Below, one piece after another: positions 25,692 through 38,459 of a stretch of DNA of 64,000 nt. This DNA is from Marsupella aquatica (taxonomy: Eukaryota; Plantae; Marchantiophyta): positions 10,210,283 to 10,274,282 of the forward strand of contig OZ316892.1 in assembly GCA_973895155.1 (NCBI GenBank), in the 5' to 3' direction. Numbering within the stretch: the first letter of the stretch is position 1; every line of letters begins with the position of its first letter. The notes beneath the pieces are model-generated. The model made no database searches. It was not told the origin of the DNA and saw nothing but the letters and a program-made list of their open reading frames with translations. The position numbers were made by a program, and so were the translations under genes.

Positions 25692-28600
25692 ATGGCTTCT
25701 TCTAGCCAGGCTGGATCACATAACACTGCACATACAACAGAGGCAGACAACCTAAGAACTTTACCTCTTTCCCATCCTAGTCGAATACAACATCGTGATG
25801 ATAACTTATGGGCTCGGGAACAGATAGCTTGCTCTGGTAGTGCTGATCATAGAATGTATTGCTCTTGCATGCAATGCAAAGGGATTGTTAAGACTACTCA
25901 AAAGACCAGTCGACAACATCTTCTTAAGAATGGCCGCTACCCTGCCTGTCGAGTGTGGGTAGGAGAGGGTGAAGATTCTTCTGATGAGGAGTGGAGATCC
26001 AATTACATCCGTAACTCTGGTCCAGAGGCACTGAGGGCAGGAATGTCTCGAGAGGCATTCCACTCAGGCCAACCAGCAATAGACATTGAAGAGCAGGTCA
26101 AAGTTTTGCTTCAAGAGACATTGGCAAGAGCTTCTGAAGAGTCTGACAAATTTGTGGATAATGATCCTCCTTTTGATATGGATTCAATGTTTCAAAATGA
26201 TGAGATTGAGGTAGATCCACCCTCTGCTGAGACCAGTCATGAGGACACACCTACAGAAGGGCGTCCTATGAATCCTGTCCCTTTGCAAGGGTCTTTAGAA
26301 GAAGCCATGAGACCATTATTTCCAGGCAGTAAGACAGATGTAGTTTCCTTCATGTTGTTGTTTTTAAACATCTATCACAACAATAGGTTCTCAAACACGG
26401 GAGTGAATGCTATGCTGTCTTTGTTGACTGAGCATGGAATGCCAACAGAGCACACTCTCCCTAAGAACCTATATGCTGCAAAACAATTAGTGAGAAAATT
26501 GGGTTTAGACTATGAGAGAATCTCAGTCAGTGAGAATGGATGTATGTTATTTAGAAATGAGACTGCAGAGTTGGACAATTGTTCCAAGTGTAATCAGCCA
26601 AAGATGAAGTTAGTGGGGAATTCTTTACAGCCTGTGAAGGTCTTGAGATATTTCCCTATAATCCCTCGGTTGAAGAGATTGTATGCCACTAAGGGTACAT
26701 CTAAGCTAATAACTTGGCATCATGAGAACAAGAGCAAGGACAACATGGTCCGACATCCAGCAGATTCAAAGGCATGGAAGCATGTGGACACAGAGATCGA
26801 CCCTACTTTTGCTGCTGAGCCAAGGAATGTGCGAATGGGATTGGCACTTGATGGGGTAAATCCATTTGGGAATAATTCTACTGCCTGGTCTACATGGCCA
26901 ATCCTGCTGTTGAATTATAATATCCCTCCTTGGCTTTCCACAAAGAAGTTCTTTGTCATGCTGGCTCTTCTAATTCCAGGTCCTGTGTCTGTAAGCGAGG
27001 AATAATTTGATGTATACATGGCTCCACTTGTGGATGATCTTGAGACATTATAGTCAGAAGGAGTAGACTGTTTTGATGTTCTACCAAGGCTAGGATTGCA
27101 GCAACAATTCAAGCTAAGGGCTTCAATATTGTGGACAATCAATGATTATTCTGCATATGGATTAGTCTCTGGACAACAACATGCAGGTACAAAGGATGTG
27201 TGGTTTGTGGGCCAAATTGTGTGGCACATGGTTCAAAACAGTTGGGCAAGTTACTGTTTGCTGGCCATCGTTGTTGGTTACCATAGAGACACTATTTTTG
27301 CAAAGAGGAAGTGGCAAAATACTTTAATGGTGAGGTAGAGGCACGAGCTGCACCGTGTAGAGTGTCCAACTCTGATAGGAAACGTTGGGGAGAAAAGGCC
27401 GCTAAATATGTGGAGAAGAAACTAGGGAATGCACTGGATGATGAAAACTCTCCAGTAAAGAAGAATGGAGTGAAGAGGGTTACTGGATTATACAAGCTGC
27501 CGTACTGGAGTGTAAGTATCTGGTTCCCCATACTGCTTCCCTCAGTGTGTAATGTTAAGTAGCAAAGAGTAACATTTCTTATTCTAATTTAGTTTGTACT
27601 GAACTGTGCGTCCAATGCAGAAACTTCTCATCAACCATTGTTTGGATCCCATGCACTGTGAGAAGAATCTTGCACACAACATTGTGCACACTATTTTGGG
27701 GATAAAGGATACTCCTTCTGTTCGAGAAGACATGAAGTCATGGACGTGCGGGAACACCTGTGGCTGGTTTCAAATCCAGATCCAAAAAAAGATTCAAAGA
27801 TCATGCCGCCAGCCCCATACTGCCTCAGTAAGACAGAGAAGACTAAGTTCTTAGAGGTATTGTTGACCTTTAAAGGGCCCACTGGTTTCAGCAATTCTCT
27901 GGCTAAATGTGTCACAGTTAAGAAGAAGTTATCAGGGCTGAAATCTCACGATTTCCATCACCTCATGCAACAAATCCTTCCATTGGCAACAATGGGATTA
28001 CTTGATGAAGGTGTTCGGTTGGCCATAGCAAGAGTGAGCAATGTGTGGCATACCATCTGTGCCAAGGTTTGGGATCCCTCACAGTACGACTCTGTGATGA
28101 TGGATGTTGCATTCACACTCTGCCTTATGGAAATTCATTTCCCACCAAGCTTCTTTGATGTCATGACCCATCTATTGATTCATCTGGTTCAGGAACTAGA
28201 CATCTGTGGTCCAGTGAACATTAGATGGATGTACCCAATAGAAAGATATCTAAAGACCTTGAAGGGTTATGTTCGAAACAAGGCACGTCCAGAGGCTTCT
28301 ATGCTGAAGGCTACCTTCTGGATGAATCTTTAGGATTCCTTTCTGAATACATGATCGATGTTAAGGGGACAGGAATGAGAACGTGGGACTTGGAGGAGAA
28401 TCCTGGTGTTGCAAGCATTGTCTTGGAAGGAGCTGGAAAACAGATCACCTTGGAGTGGAATGATATGATAGCTATGCATCATTACATACTAGAGAATGAA
28501 GAGTTGGTGGAACCATGGTATAGGTATGAGCATGGTTTATATTGTTAAGTTCTCGATCTGTTGTTTTTTTAAAACAGAATTGAGTTTTGAGCAGAAATTG

Positions 28601-29479
28601 TGTGGGCCTAGGAGCTGACTATCATTATTGCCATGCAGGGTTTATGATGATCAAAAGGAGGCAGTTACCAAGCACAGAGCAGATTTCCGGAAAGAATGGA
28701 TGAAGAATCCAGGAAATCGGAGGAATCCTGTGCCTTATCCCTCTGATTTGGATGAGTTACCTCCTTTTAGAGAATGGTTTGAAGTGACAATTAGAAGGCA
28801 TAATTTTGTGAATGAGTTTGAACGAATGGTGTTGGCAGCATATAGTGTACCACCTAGTCTGAAGGCACTACGGTATAGGGCCTGCAGAGCCTATGGGCAC
28901 CATTGGAGGACCATTCCATCACTAGGTTCCTTGATTGATTGTGACTCATCTGGGTTCAAGACTTTTGATTCTGGGATGGCTTGTACATTCACTGAGAAGC
29001 GGGTCATTAGGTTAGGGGCAACAGTAGATGAATCTGTACAATATGTGGGGGTGTTGACAGACATCTTAGTATTGAACTATGGGCCTCTGATAAAGGAAGT
29101 GGTCCTTTTCAAAGGAAGGTGGGCAAACTCATCTTGGACTCCCAAAGCCACTGCAAGTATGAGATATGATGCGTCTGGATTGTGGCAAGTAAATTTTCAG
29201 AAGGAGCTAGGTGCTTCCAAGAAAATGGACTATGTATTGCCATGACAGATAGAACAAGTGTTTTTTTACCCAAATGATAAGGGGATTGCATGGAGGACAA
29301 TCCTCCACAAAGAATCCAGGTCTACAAGGGTGTTGGGTGATTACATGGAAGTTGATTTCCATGATACTATGGATGACAATGCTAAGTTTCACATAGAGTT
29401 GGCAGAAGCCTGTACAACTAGACAGGAGCCTGGACCAAGTACTACAGACAAAGAAAAAAGAAAGTATAAAAGGAAATGA
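25692..29479 (+). pseudogene. TnpD/Tnp2-type CACTA transposase (transposase-associated, Transposase_21, DUF4218 and DUF4216 regions), disrupted
   Basis: MYCSCMQC..HLLKNG; LRYFPIIPRLKRLY; RHPADSKAWKH; PRNVRMGLALDGVNPF; LDPMHCEKN; GLKSHDFH; FPPSFFDVMTHLLIHLV; GPVNIRWMYPIERYLKTLKGYVRNKARPE. In-frame stops (e.g. 27003, 29243), frameshifts (~27190, ~27740, ~28300) and introns at ~27512-27620 and ~28523-28638. Confidence 0.9.
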
Positions 29480-29563
29480 ATGGTTTGAAGATACTGTACA
29501 GTCCGGTTTTATTTAGTTGGGAGTGGGATCATACTAACATGGCATGTCATGGTCTAGCAGTGA

Positions 29564-32549
29564 ATGGAGCGAATACCTCCATATGAGGAGGAACGAAATC
29601 AGAAGGTAGCAGCCAAGAATAGAAAATTCAGGGAGATATTTGGATCAAATTTCAATTTCATGTGAGTATAATCTTGCATGTTGTTTTGAATGTGCAAAGA
29701 TGTGTTAACATTGCTCATCAGCAATATTAGATGATTTTTGGTACTTGTCATTCATGAATTGATATTCTCTGATATAGATTGGGTGCAACACAGACCGTAG
29801 GGCGCAAGAAGGAAACAAGTGCACGTCAAACTCCTAGAAGTGAGGTTACCACACAGAGGAGACAGAGTTCCAGACTGTAAAGAATTGCCTCAGTGAGTAT
29901 GGCAGAGTCTGGTGATGAGGGCTCTGAATCAGATTATGACACTGATGTTGAGTACAGTGAAGATGAGAAACCAGAAAGTTCATCCAAGGTGAGATTCCTA
30001 TTACATTTCACCAACATTATGAGGAAACTATAGACATTGGTAGTGATTTTGTTTAATAACATTGGTTTTAACTTGATCTGGACAGGAACATCTGCAACCT
30101 CCATCTAAGAGCTTGGTAGATGCAAAAGAAACCCCTACAAAGGTTGGACCTTCAATGAGTGGCATGGTGCAATGTTACAAAGACCCTATGACTGGCCAGC
30201 TATTTGAATGTAAGTAATTTCAAAGATTTTCAATGTATTTTTCAATGTTGATCTATATGAATGTTGGACTCATAACTTCAGTGGTTTGCATGTGTATAGT
30301 GGTGGTTCCATCAACATCGATTGGAAAATCTGGACACTTTGCAGTAGTGACATCCAGTCAGGGTTAAGGTAAGTCAATTTCAATGAAGCCTCCTAGGTAT
30401 TATATTGTAATATTTATTGTCCCTCATTTTGCAATTGTGGATGATCAATATTGGATGCTCATTGTGTATGTAGAGGGAAGAAAGACTGCAACAGAGCAAC
30501 GTAGGGAATCTAGGCAAGCCAAGAAACAATTTCAGAGAACCGGTAGTGCAAGAAGGGCTGACAATAAGAAGGGAAAATTGATAACGGTAAGATTTTCATT
30601 GCACATTTCACATTGTGGCCTATAATTTGTGTACTCAGAAACAATTGGGTGTTTGTTTCATTCCCAATGTTGATGACTATCATTTGTGGTGTTTTTTTTC
30701 AGATTCATGACAATGATATTGATGATTCTCATCCTAATAAACCATATTGGATGGAGGAGCTACGTGCCAATGTCTTGAGGCTTTTTGATGTATCAAAACC
30801 TGATTGGAACAAACAAGATCCAAACATAATTGAGGATATGCAGAAATTGATGGAGGCAGATTGGGAGTATCCAGATAAGCAGTCAGTGTCTGACAAGAAA
30901 TTTATTAGTCACTGTCGGACGTTATTGAAAAGAGAACGTCACAAACTAAATACTTATTGGAAGGATGTATGTAAACGTGATCGCTCCAAACCAGGACCTC
31001 AATATGTTGACCCATTGAAATGGGCACGACTGGTGGATCATTTTGATAGTCCTGCTTTGCTTGCAAGGAGTGCTGTGATGAAAGCAGAAGTGGTGAACAA
31101 AGAGCATTTTGGAAGAGGGGGGGCTGCTGGAGCAGAAACAAGATTGGTAAGAATCTTCAGATGGTCCATCTCACTGCAGGTCTAGATTGTCATTTGAATT
31201 GAAGTGTTTATCTAGTATAGGAATAAACAATGACATGATGAGTTCTCATTAATATTCCAATTGCTTTGAATGTGATTATGTGTTTCCAGAAAGCAAAAGG
31301 AATGATGAGCCCTGTTATATCAAAACTTGTGTCTAGTAGTCCAGTCCCCTCAGTGCAGATCAGTCCATCTATGGGCAGTGGTGAACATCGAGGCAGTAGT
31401 TTTGTTGGAATTGGATCTGCACATGGATCAGCGGTATGTAATGAAAACCTGTGTATATATTCAATTTTGATTATCAGTTATCCATGATGTTCAAATTATC
31501 ATTGATGATTAACATTGTATGGTGTGTTTGTGTATGTAGACTCCATTGTCTAGGGAAACTACAATTGAGGAACCAGCTCGATTACTCAAGCTTGAACAGT
31601 TTGTGGAGAATTTAACCAAGCTTGAGTTCAAAGTAGACAATTTGACATCTATGATGACCTCTTTCATTGCACAAAATCAACAGAATCAGTTTCATATGCA
31701 ATTATCAAATGCAATTGTTACTAAGGTGGTGGTTGAGCCTAAAGGTAGTAGCAGGAAACGTTCTCTTACTTTCTCAGGTGATGGTAAGAACATACAAACT
31801 TATACTCTAAATATATTACATATGCAATAGTTTATTTTTCAATTTAGTATGAAGTTTTCTAAGCATTCATTGTTTGGTTTTGTGGTAGCTTCTTCAGGGG
31901 AGAATCTTGTATCACAGCGAGAGAAATCAGATACTTTAACAAGGCAAAAGCCAAAGCCAAGTATGGGAGAAGCAAATTTGGGAGCACTGCAGGAACCTTG
32001 CATTGTACAAAACAACATTGGTAATGGTGAGAGTGATGAGATTGCTATCACAGATGAACAGATAGTGTCAAATGCAATTCAGGAACAAGAGGCTACCTAG
32101 GCCTTCAAAGAGATTCAAGAAATCAACCCCTATCACTATCTCACCTAGTGAACGAGGACCAGTTCTCTCCCCAAATCCAGCAGCAAAGGTGAATTTGTTT
32201 TCAGTTGGCTTATGTTCTTAAATTGATGATATGCCCAAATTAGTACTACAAGACAGTATTTTGTCCTAACAATTTTGTGTGGCAGTTTTCAAAAGGAGAT
32301 GCTGTAAAAGTACGAAGCGTTGTGGATCGCTCTACAGTTGTTGCTAGAGGTGAAGTGACAGGGTTACCAGGAGAGGATAAATTTCATTGTGTCATGATTG
32401 AGAGTCCTTGGGTGCGAGTATCAGTTAAGGCAGTGTATTGTGGTGATGCAGCATTGCCAATGCCCAACAAAGAAGAGAAACAACTCTGTTTACGGAATGT
32501 GTTAGGAATGAATACATTGTGGAATGCTAGGTTTCTTCGGAAGTGTTGA
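29564..32549 (+). pseudogene. Multi-exon TnpA/ORF2-like gene of element 1, probably disrupted
   Basis: N-terminal PYEEERNQKVAAKNRKF. Transposase_24-like exon (RTLLKRERHKL...PQYVDPLKWARLVDHFDS...HFGRGGAAG). C-terminal VARGEV...HCVMIESPWVRVSVKAVYCGDAALPMP resembles En/Spm ORF2 C-termini. Exon boundaries are only approximately resolved. Confidence 0.7.
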
Positions 32550-32657
32550 ACATTTTCTCTGATCATGTAGAACAGAGAATTTTTGAATATTTTGGTTACC
32601 ATTGTTTCACTCATGCGAGTGAAAAATGTGTACTTTCTATCACTTCATCATAAAGAC

Positions 32658-32800
32658 TTCTGTTTTTTCAATTGTTCTATACTAGAGCTTGTGAATGTTG
32701 GAATGTGAATTTCTGAATACAATGATGATTTCTGTTTTTTCAATTATTCTATATTAGAGCTTGTGAATGTTGGAGTGTGAATTTCTGAATACAATGATGA
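32658..32800. repeat. Tandem duplication of ~72 bp
   Basis: ttctgttttttcaatt.ttctata.tagagcttgtgaatgttgga.tgtgaatttctgaatacaatgatgat occurs twice. Confidence 0.8.
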
Positions 32801-32908
32801 TGCGCAAAGTGATGTCTTTGTTTAGGGTTTTAAGTGGATTCATTGTATGTGATTTTGAATATAACTATGAGCTCTTCTTAGATACATCCCAAATGACATT
32901 ACTTAAAA

Positions 32909-33195
32909 ACACCCTGTATGACACCCTCAATGATACCCTCAATGACACCCTGTATGACACCCTCAATGACACCCTATATGACACCCTCAATGACACCCTG
33001 TATGACACCCTATATGACACCCTGTATGACACCCTGTATGACACCCTCAATGACACCTTGTATGACACCCTCAATGACTCTCAATGACACCCTATATGAT
33101 ACCCTCAATGACACCTTGTATGACACCTTGTATGACATTTTTAATGACACCATGTACGACACCTTCAATGACACACTAAATGACACCTTAAATGA
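32909..33195. repeat. 12-bp minisatellite (ATGACACCCTGT / ATGACACCCTCA), ~23 copies, subterminal in element 1
   Basis: Seen directly. It explains the spurious DTLY, TPSM and RVSY ORFs. Confidence 0.92.
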
Positions 33196-35936
33196 TTTAT
33201 TATTGTGTCATTTATGACATGTCTGAAATGACATATAATGACAACCGTGCGTAGTTGCCACGTGTTGTAATATGATTTGTTTAAATATGTGTCATTAAAG
33301 ACATGCCTAAATGACTGACGGCCGTTCATTCAGTCATTTAGGACAATATGTCATTTCAAAAATATTGTGTCATTTAGGACTACCATAAATGACTGGTGAG
33401 AGTTTTAGTCATTTGTCTTAATTGACTGTCCTAAAAGACGAAGCAGGTATGACAGAAAAGCTCTAGTCATATATTGGTACATATGACTCGTTTTTCAGTC
33501 CTCATTCTAGTCATTAAGGACACTATTTTCCACTAGTGAAAGTAACAAGAACAGGCAAATATGTTTAAGCTTACTTACAAGCATTTTAAGGACCACAAAC
33601 CATTTGACTTGGAAAGTAGGATTAATGGCATCTGAATCTGAGAGTGCAAAAGTTGGAGCGGGTTTAGGGTTTAGGGTACCAGAAAACTCTGGTGAGTCTG
33701 GTTCCTGGCTTCCTGGGATCAGGTTTGCTCAAATAGTACTTATTTATTGAAGATTACATTCCCTAGGACAAGACTTTTCTGGGAGTTTTTAATGCATTTT
33801 AATATTCTGCCTTACTTTAGAGCAAAAGGTAACACTATGCCCATCATGTTCACAGACTGGACTCAACATGGAGTCCTCGTCAACCTGGAGAGACCCAAAC
33901 AAGATTGAAGGCTCATATATCACCCCAAACTGTGAACCTAAATATGACCGAGAAGAATATATCTAGGGTTAGTTGCTGGATTTTCAAGATTTCAATCTAG
34001 GGTAGCCGGATGTTGATACATATTGTTTAGGGATATGACCGAGATTTTTTGCATTTTCTTGATTGGGTTTGGTCAACACCCCCTTACACTAACAAAACCC
34101 AATTTCAGTAACAAAACCCAGCTGGGTTGGAGATGCAATAACTCTAGACTGGACTGGCAAACACAATTGCCACAAGTCATGGGACCCATCTTATACACAA
34201 CTAACCCAAACCATTTATTTCTTGAAGCCAAAGGCAAACAGGCAAATATGGGCAAGGAAGCATTCAACCACCTTCCTTGCCCATGGATCACACTAAAATT
34301 GATCCATGCATTCACTGGTCTGTTCTTTGTCAATTACTCTTTTGCCCTTAGTTACCATACAAGTGTGCTTTGTGCCTGGAGGAAAGGGGGACCCCATTCC
34401 ATACAAATTATTTTGCCTCCAAGAACACAAGTCTAAAGTAGAATTTGTGTTGGTCCTTAACCTTAATTAAGGCCTGCTCATTCCTCCCTAGGCCACAATA
34501 TCGAAAGAATCTGGTGTAGCATAAAGAAACGCAAAGAATGCATAAAACTTCAGGAGTGTTTTTGGAACTTGAGAAGTTTCACATGGTGCGCATTTTAGTG
34601 ATATTCTAAGTAACTTGCTGTAGAGCACTGATTTATCATTACCAAAAAATTTATAATGCATATTTTACATGCCGTTAGCTCAGGGCATAGCTGATCGCTA
34701 CAACTGTAGACTGCTAGTGCGAGTACCGTCAGATATCACCACTCCTTGCCCGTCAGAAACTGGCATGTCTCTTTGGCAGCTTTGTCATGCTCCCTCACGT
34801 CAGTAGAATAGGCAGCGAGCACTAAAAAACAATTACCAAATATTTTAAAAAATAGCAGACAGTAAGCACACTCTAATACCTATGTGTCCTGTGAGTCAGC
34901 AGAATGAGCGTATGGCTGCTGATGAGTGAGGGTCAATGGTCAATGGTCAATGTGTCCTTCAGTCTTCTATGGCAGCTAGAACTAAGACAATTTAAACGGG
35001 TAGCTGGAAATATGAAAGAAACCAGACCTGAGACACTATGCTGATCACTATGCTGTTTGTGACAAATATTCCTTTGAAAATATGGTGTACAATAATGTGC
35101 AGTTTGGAGCCATTTTCTTGCCCCCATCACAACTGAACTAAAAAGTTTAGTCAATTACAATTTATGTAGGGTTGTTTACATCCAATTTCACATGATAATA
35201 GTTCAAAGGAAAGACCTCCATTATACAAGTCAGAACTGAAGTAATTAACTACATAGAAAAATGCCCATGATGAGCAGTTCCACATTAAAGTGTCATAGCT
35301 ATGAGGGGATATCCACAAATTTATGATGTGTAGGCTATAATGATAGTTACATCATATAGTGATGTACCGAGTCTACGTGGAGTAGAGGCAATGGTAGCCC
35401 TTTCCCTGGGAACAATCAAAGGCTTAATAATTCTCCTAAAAGTAGGATGATGATAAAGTAGCCAATTTTGTCCATGGAACGGTCCTGAGCAGTTTTGGAG
35501 ATTGAACAGTTAGATTCTCTAGCCCTGTTGTTGTTGTTGTGTTTCCTTGGAAGCAGCTGCCAGACTGTTAGGGAGAAGGAATCCAGACTGAAGGGCAAAA
35601 ACATTAAAAAATCACAAATGATTATTATTGATGAGCCCCAACTACCCGTTTTTTGAATGTGAATAGTGAAGAGAATAATAAAAAAATTATCAAAATATTT
35701 ATTTATTTATTAATACATTAATATTCTTTAAAATTAATGAAATGATAATATATTATTTTCCTGTATGTGCACATCAATATTTTTGTGTGCACATTTATCT
35801 TCTATGCACATATGAATGTTGTTGTGAGGCCATAATGCTTGTATTTTTGAATATAATAATTAAATTTTTTTATAAAAATTATACATCATATTCATGTCAT
35901 GAGTTTTTCTCATGCACATGGTGACATAGAGTTACC

Positions 35937-36098
35937 GTCTAGAGGCTTCATTCTAGATAAGCCTCTAAACTTAGACTCTTAATTATAAACTTCAGTTGTC
36001 TCTTTTATATTGAGATGTCTAGAGGCTTCACTCTAGAGAAGCCTCTAGACTTAGACTCTTAATTATAAACTTCAGTTGTCTCTTTTATATTGAGATGT
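35937..36098. repeat. 80-bp tandem duplication containing a palindrome
   Basis: gtctagaggcttca.tctaga.aagcctcta.acttagactcttaattataaacttcagttgtctcttttatattgagat occurs twice. Confidence 0.85.
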
Positions 36099-37234
36099 CA
36101 CGGGGGAAATTCTCATCCATCGTTCAGGATTCATTTGATTTGTGACCCACTCAGACAAATTGATAATCGGAGTTCACACAAACGATAAAAATATCCAAAA
36201 AGTAATGATCCTCTTCTTGTCCTAAAAGTGGAATTAGCTTCAATTCCAGAATTTGGATGTATTGCCTAGCTAATATCCGAATGGTAGCATCAGGATCAGC
36301 ACAATCTGACCGACTGGGTTTCTGCTAAGTGAACCATTCTGCTGAATGATGAACTGACATCCTCAGTAATGATACTCTGCCACAGTCTGGTGGTTCTACT
36401 AATCAGAATGGGCAAAACTTTCCGACGGACATCTTGTCTGCCTTCTCGACGAGCTTTGAAAAGAATCAAGAATGCCCAGATCGTCATCTAAAACAATCTA
36501 AACGTGTCTGTTCGATTACCGGAGACAAGCTAGACCACGATGATGTGCTCCATCTGAGCTGCATCGATTCGATGTCGCACAGCTCGGACGGCGTTGGTAC
36601 TGATGTCCCGTATTTTCGTCGAATTTGATGTGCAAACTTAGTTAAGACATTAAAGTCCCACTTCTTCATGTTTGCCCACGTAGAAAATTCTATTCCGCAA
36701 GCCGGTCCTGGATCATGTTAAAACAGCACTGACTATCGGTACACATCCTCACCAGCCCAAGACCTGTCCCGTTTCTTGGAAAAACAGCCTCAGCCTTTTG
36801 GATCTCAGTTCACATCTCCCGAATTAATACCGAGTGCGCGTACAAGGCATTCCAAGACGTCAACCAGGTGATCATTTATGCGTGAGCGTGAGCGGCCTTT
36901 GCGAATTTTCGTTGCAGAGAAATAAATATTCAAGGTGAAGCAATCGAATTCGTTGGCATCTCTGCAAAGGAAAGACCTCCGGAGATGGGGTGGACACCGG
37001 TGCATAGATCGGTCTCGCTGAATCATAGATCCGTGTCGATGTGGACTTTGACTGTCCGACGACAATGGAAGGGACTTGTGGTATTCTTCCTCAAGTCCAA
37101 CCCTGCCCCAAAATAAACCCTGTTCAAACAGTATCAGCAAAATTGCAGACTGCAACCGGGGAGAGGCCTATACACTCGAGAAGAGTGATTCAAGCAATAA
37201 CTCCAGCATGTCAGAATGCCTCGATCTCCTCAGC

Positions 37235-37822
37235 TTAATCTTCAGAAATCTTGTAGAGGTCTGGAGTCCAGGCGCACGGTTCCACTGCAGCAGTATCAGC
37301 TTCCACTTCCTTATCTTTCTTAGACTCCGTCTGCTCCAGCTCTTCATTCTCCAAATCTAACAGGCGAAGACACTCTGCTGGAGCCTTTCGACCAATCGCA
37401 GGACCCATCAGAGTCCGACTCAAGCTGTTCTGCAGCTCTTCAGTAGTAACAGGCCCCTCCAGTTGCCCACTCCCGGTCTTAGTCTTCATTTCGCTAGCCG
37501 CCTCCGGAACCGAGGAAGGATCTGGCTTAGGCGCACTGTCGCTGGCCGCTGAAACGTGGAAGCTGTCATTGAAGCTCTTGGGAATGGGGTAAAGAATGTA
37601 CGCCTGACCAGGAACTAGGAGTTCGTCCATTTTCATGATAATCACGGCACGGAATTGCCCCAGAGACGGTTTCGATGTGGAGCAGTGAACTACGGCGTAA
37701 TTTGGATACGTGGCCACCAACTCCGCCACTTGAATAGCATGATCATACGTCTCTATCGTCGCGTCCGGCAGCATCACTTTCACCACCGGACCTCCAGCCA
37801 AACATTTTACCGCATTTCCCAT
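37235..37822 (-). CDS. PADRE/DUF4228 family protein
   Basis: N-terminal MGNAVKC (myristoylation-like), VKVMLPDATIETYDHAIQVAELV...P.Y.V, DELLVPGQAYILYP and C-terminal WTPDLYKISE. Confidence 0.85.
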   Translation of the reverse strand: MGNAVKCLAGGPVVKVMLPDATIETYDHAIQVAELVATYPNYAVVHCSTSKPSLGQFRAVIIMKMDELLVPGQAYILYPIPKSFNDSFHVSAASDSAPKPDPSSVPEAASEMKTKTGSGQLEGPVTTEELQNSLSRTLMGPAIGRKAPAECLRLLDLENEELEQTESKKDKEVEADTAAVEPCAWTPDLYKISED

Positions 37823-38331
37823 CCCAACAACAACAACAGACTCTCCGAATCACTCCTCCAGTCCCTCCTACTTGATCAAGCACAAATTACTCCACATGAA
37901 TGTCCAATATTGTGACTCGTCTATCTGCAAATCAATCCATCTATCTATTCTGTTGAGAGCGGTTCAGTCATACGAATCACCGCCTCTCCTCATTCCAGTT
38001 CTCTAACAATGCGAGAACGAATAGGCAAGCCAGACCCTGGGCCAGACCTGCCTCTTTCTTGGAATGATATAAGTAGTCTCTAGAGATGCACAGAACTGGA
38101 TTTGCTGTTACCAACGTGATAACTTACGGATCATCTCGATGATGAATCGTGTGTCAGCCAGGCCCATGCTCGAGGTGAGTTGCCAATCAATTAAATCATC
38201 AGCCCCTTTCTCCATCATAATTCAGCCAGTCCGTGATGGTGGTCCTCTTATTAGCGTCCTGGCTTTTGCAGCATCACCCTATGACTGCAGGCAGCATCTG
38301 ATTGTACAGGACCTGGACGAATCCAGGACAC

Positions 38332-38459
38332 TCAGTGCCTGGACTGGGGACAGAAGTAGACTGTTCCTGCATCACTGTGTGCTGGGGGACAGATCCAAAG
38401 TAGGTCATCATAACGCTGACTTTTAGATATGAAATGACTGTCCCCAGTCCAGGCACTGA
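38332..38459. repeat. Perfect 22-bp inverted repeat with an 84-nt spacer
   Basis: tcagtgcctggactggggacag (38332-38353) is the reverse complement of ctgtccccagtccaggcactga (38438-38459). Confidence 0.8.

Larger units (their letters stand above)
17197..33538 (+). mobile_element. Complete CACTA (En/Spm) DNA transposon, ~16.3 kb (element 1)
   Basis: Left TIR CACTAGTAGAAAATGGGGCCTTTTATGACTA. Right TIR, reverse-complemented, CACTAGTGGAAAATAGTGTCCTTAATGACTA. 3-bp TSD AAA (17194-17196 and 33539-33541). ATGAC-rich subterminal regions, and internal TnpD- and TnpA-like genes. Confidence 0.93.

Noticed and set aside
32767-33217. ORFs with DTLY, TPSM and RVSY repeats
   Set aside because: Translation artefacts of the 12-bp subterminal minisatellite.
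33660-33677. Scattered TTTAGGG dimers (also ~17627, ~50585, ~58059) as interstitial telomere or healing sites
   Set aside because: Only 2-3 units each. Such short motifs are common in plant genomes, and there is no evidence of breakpoints.
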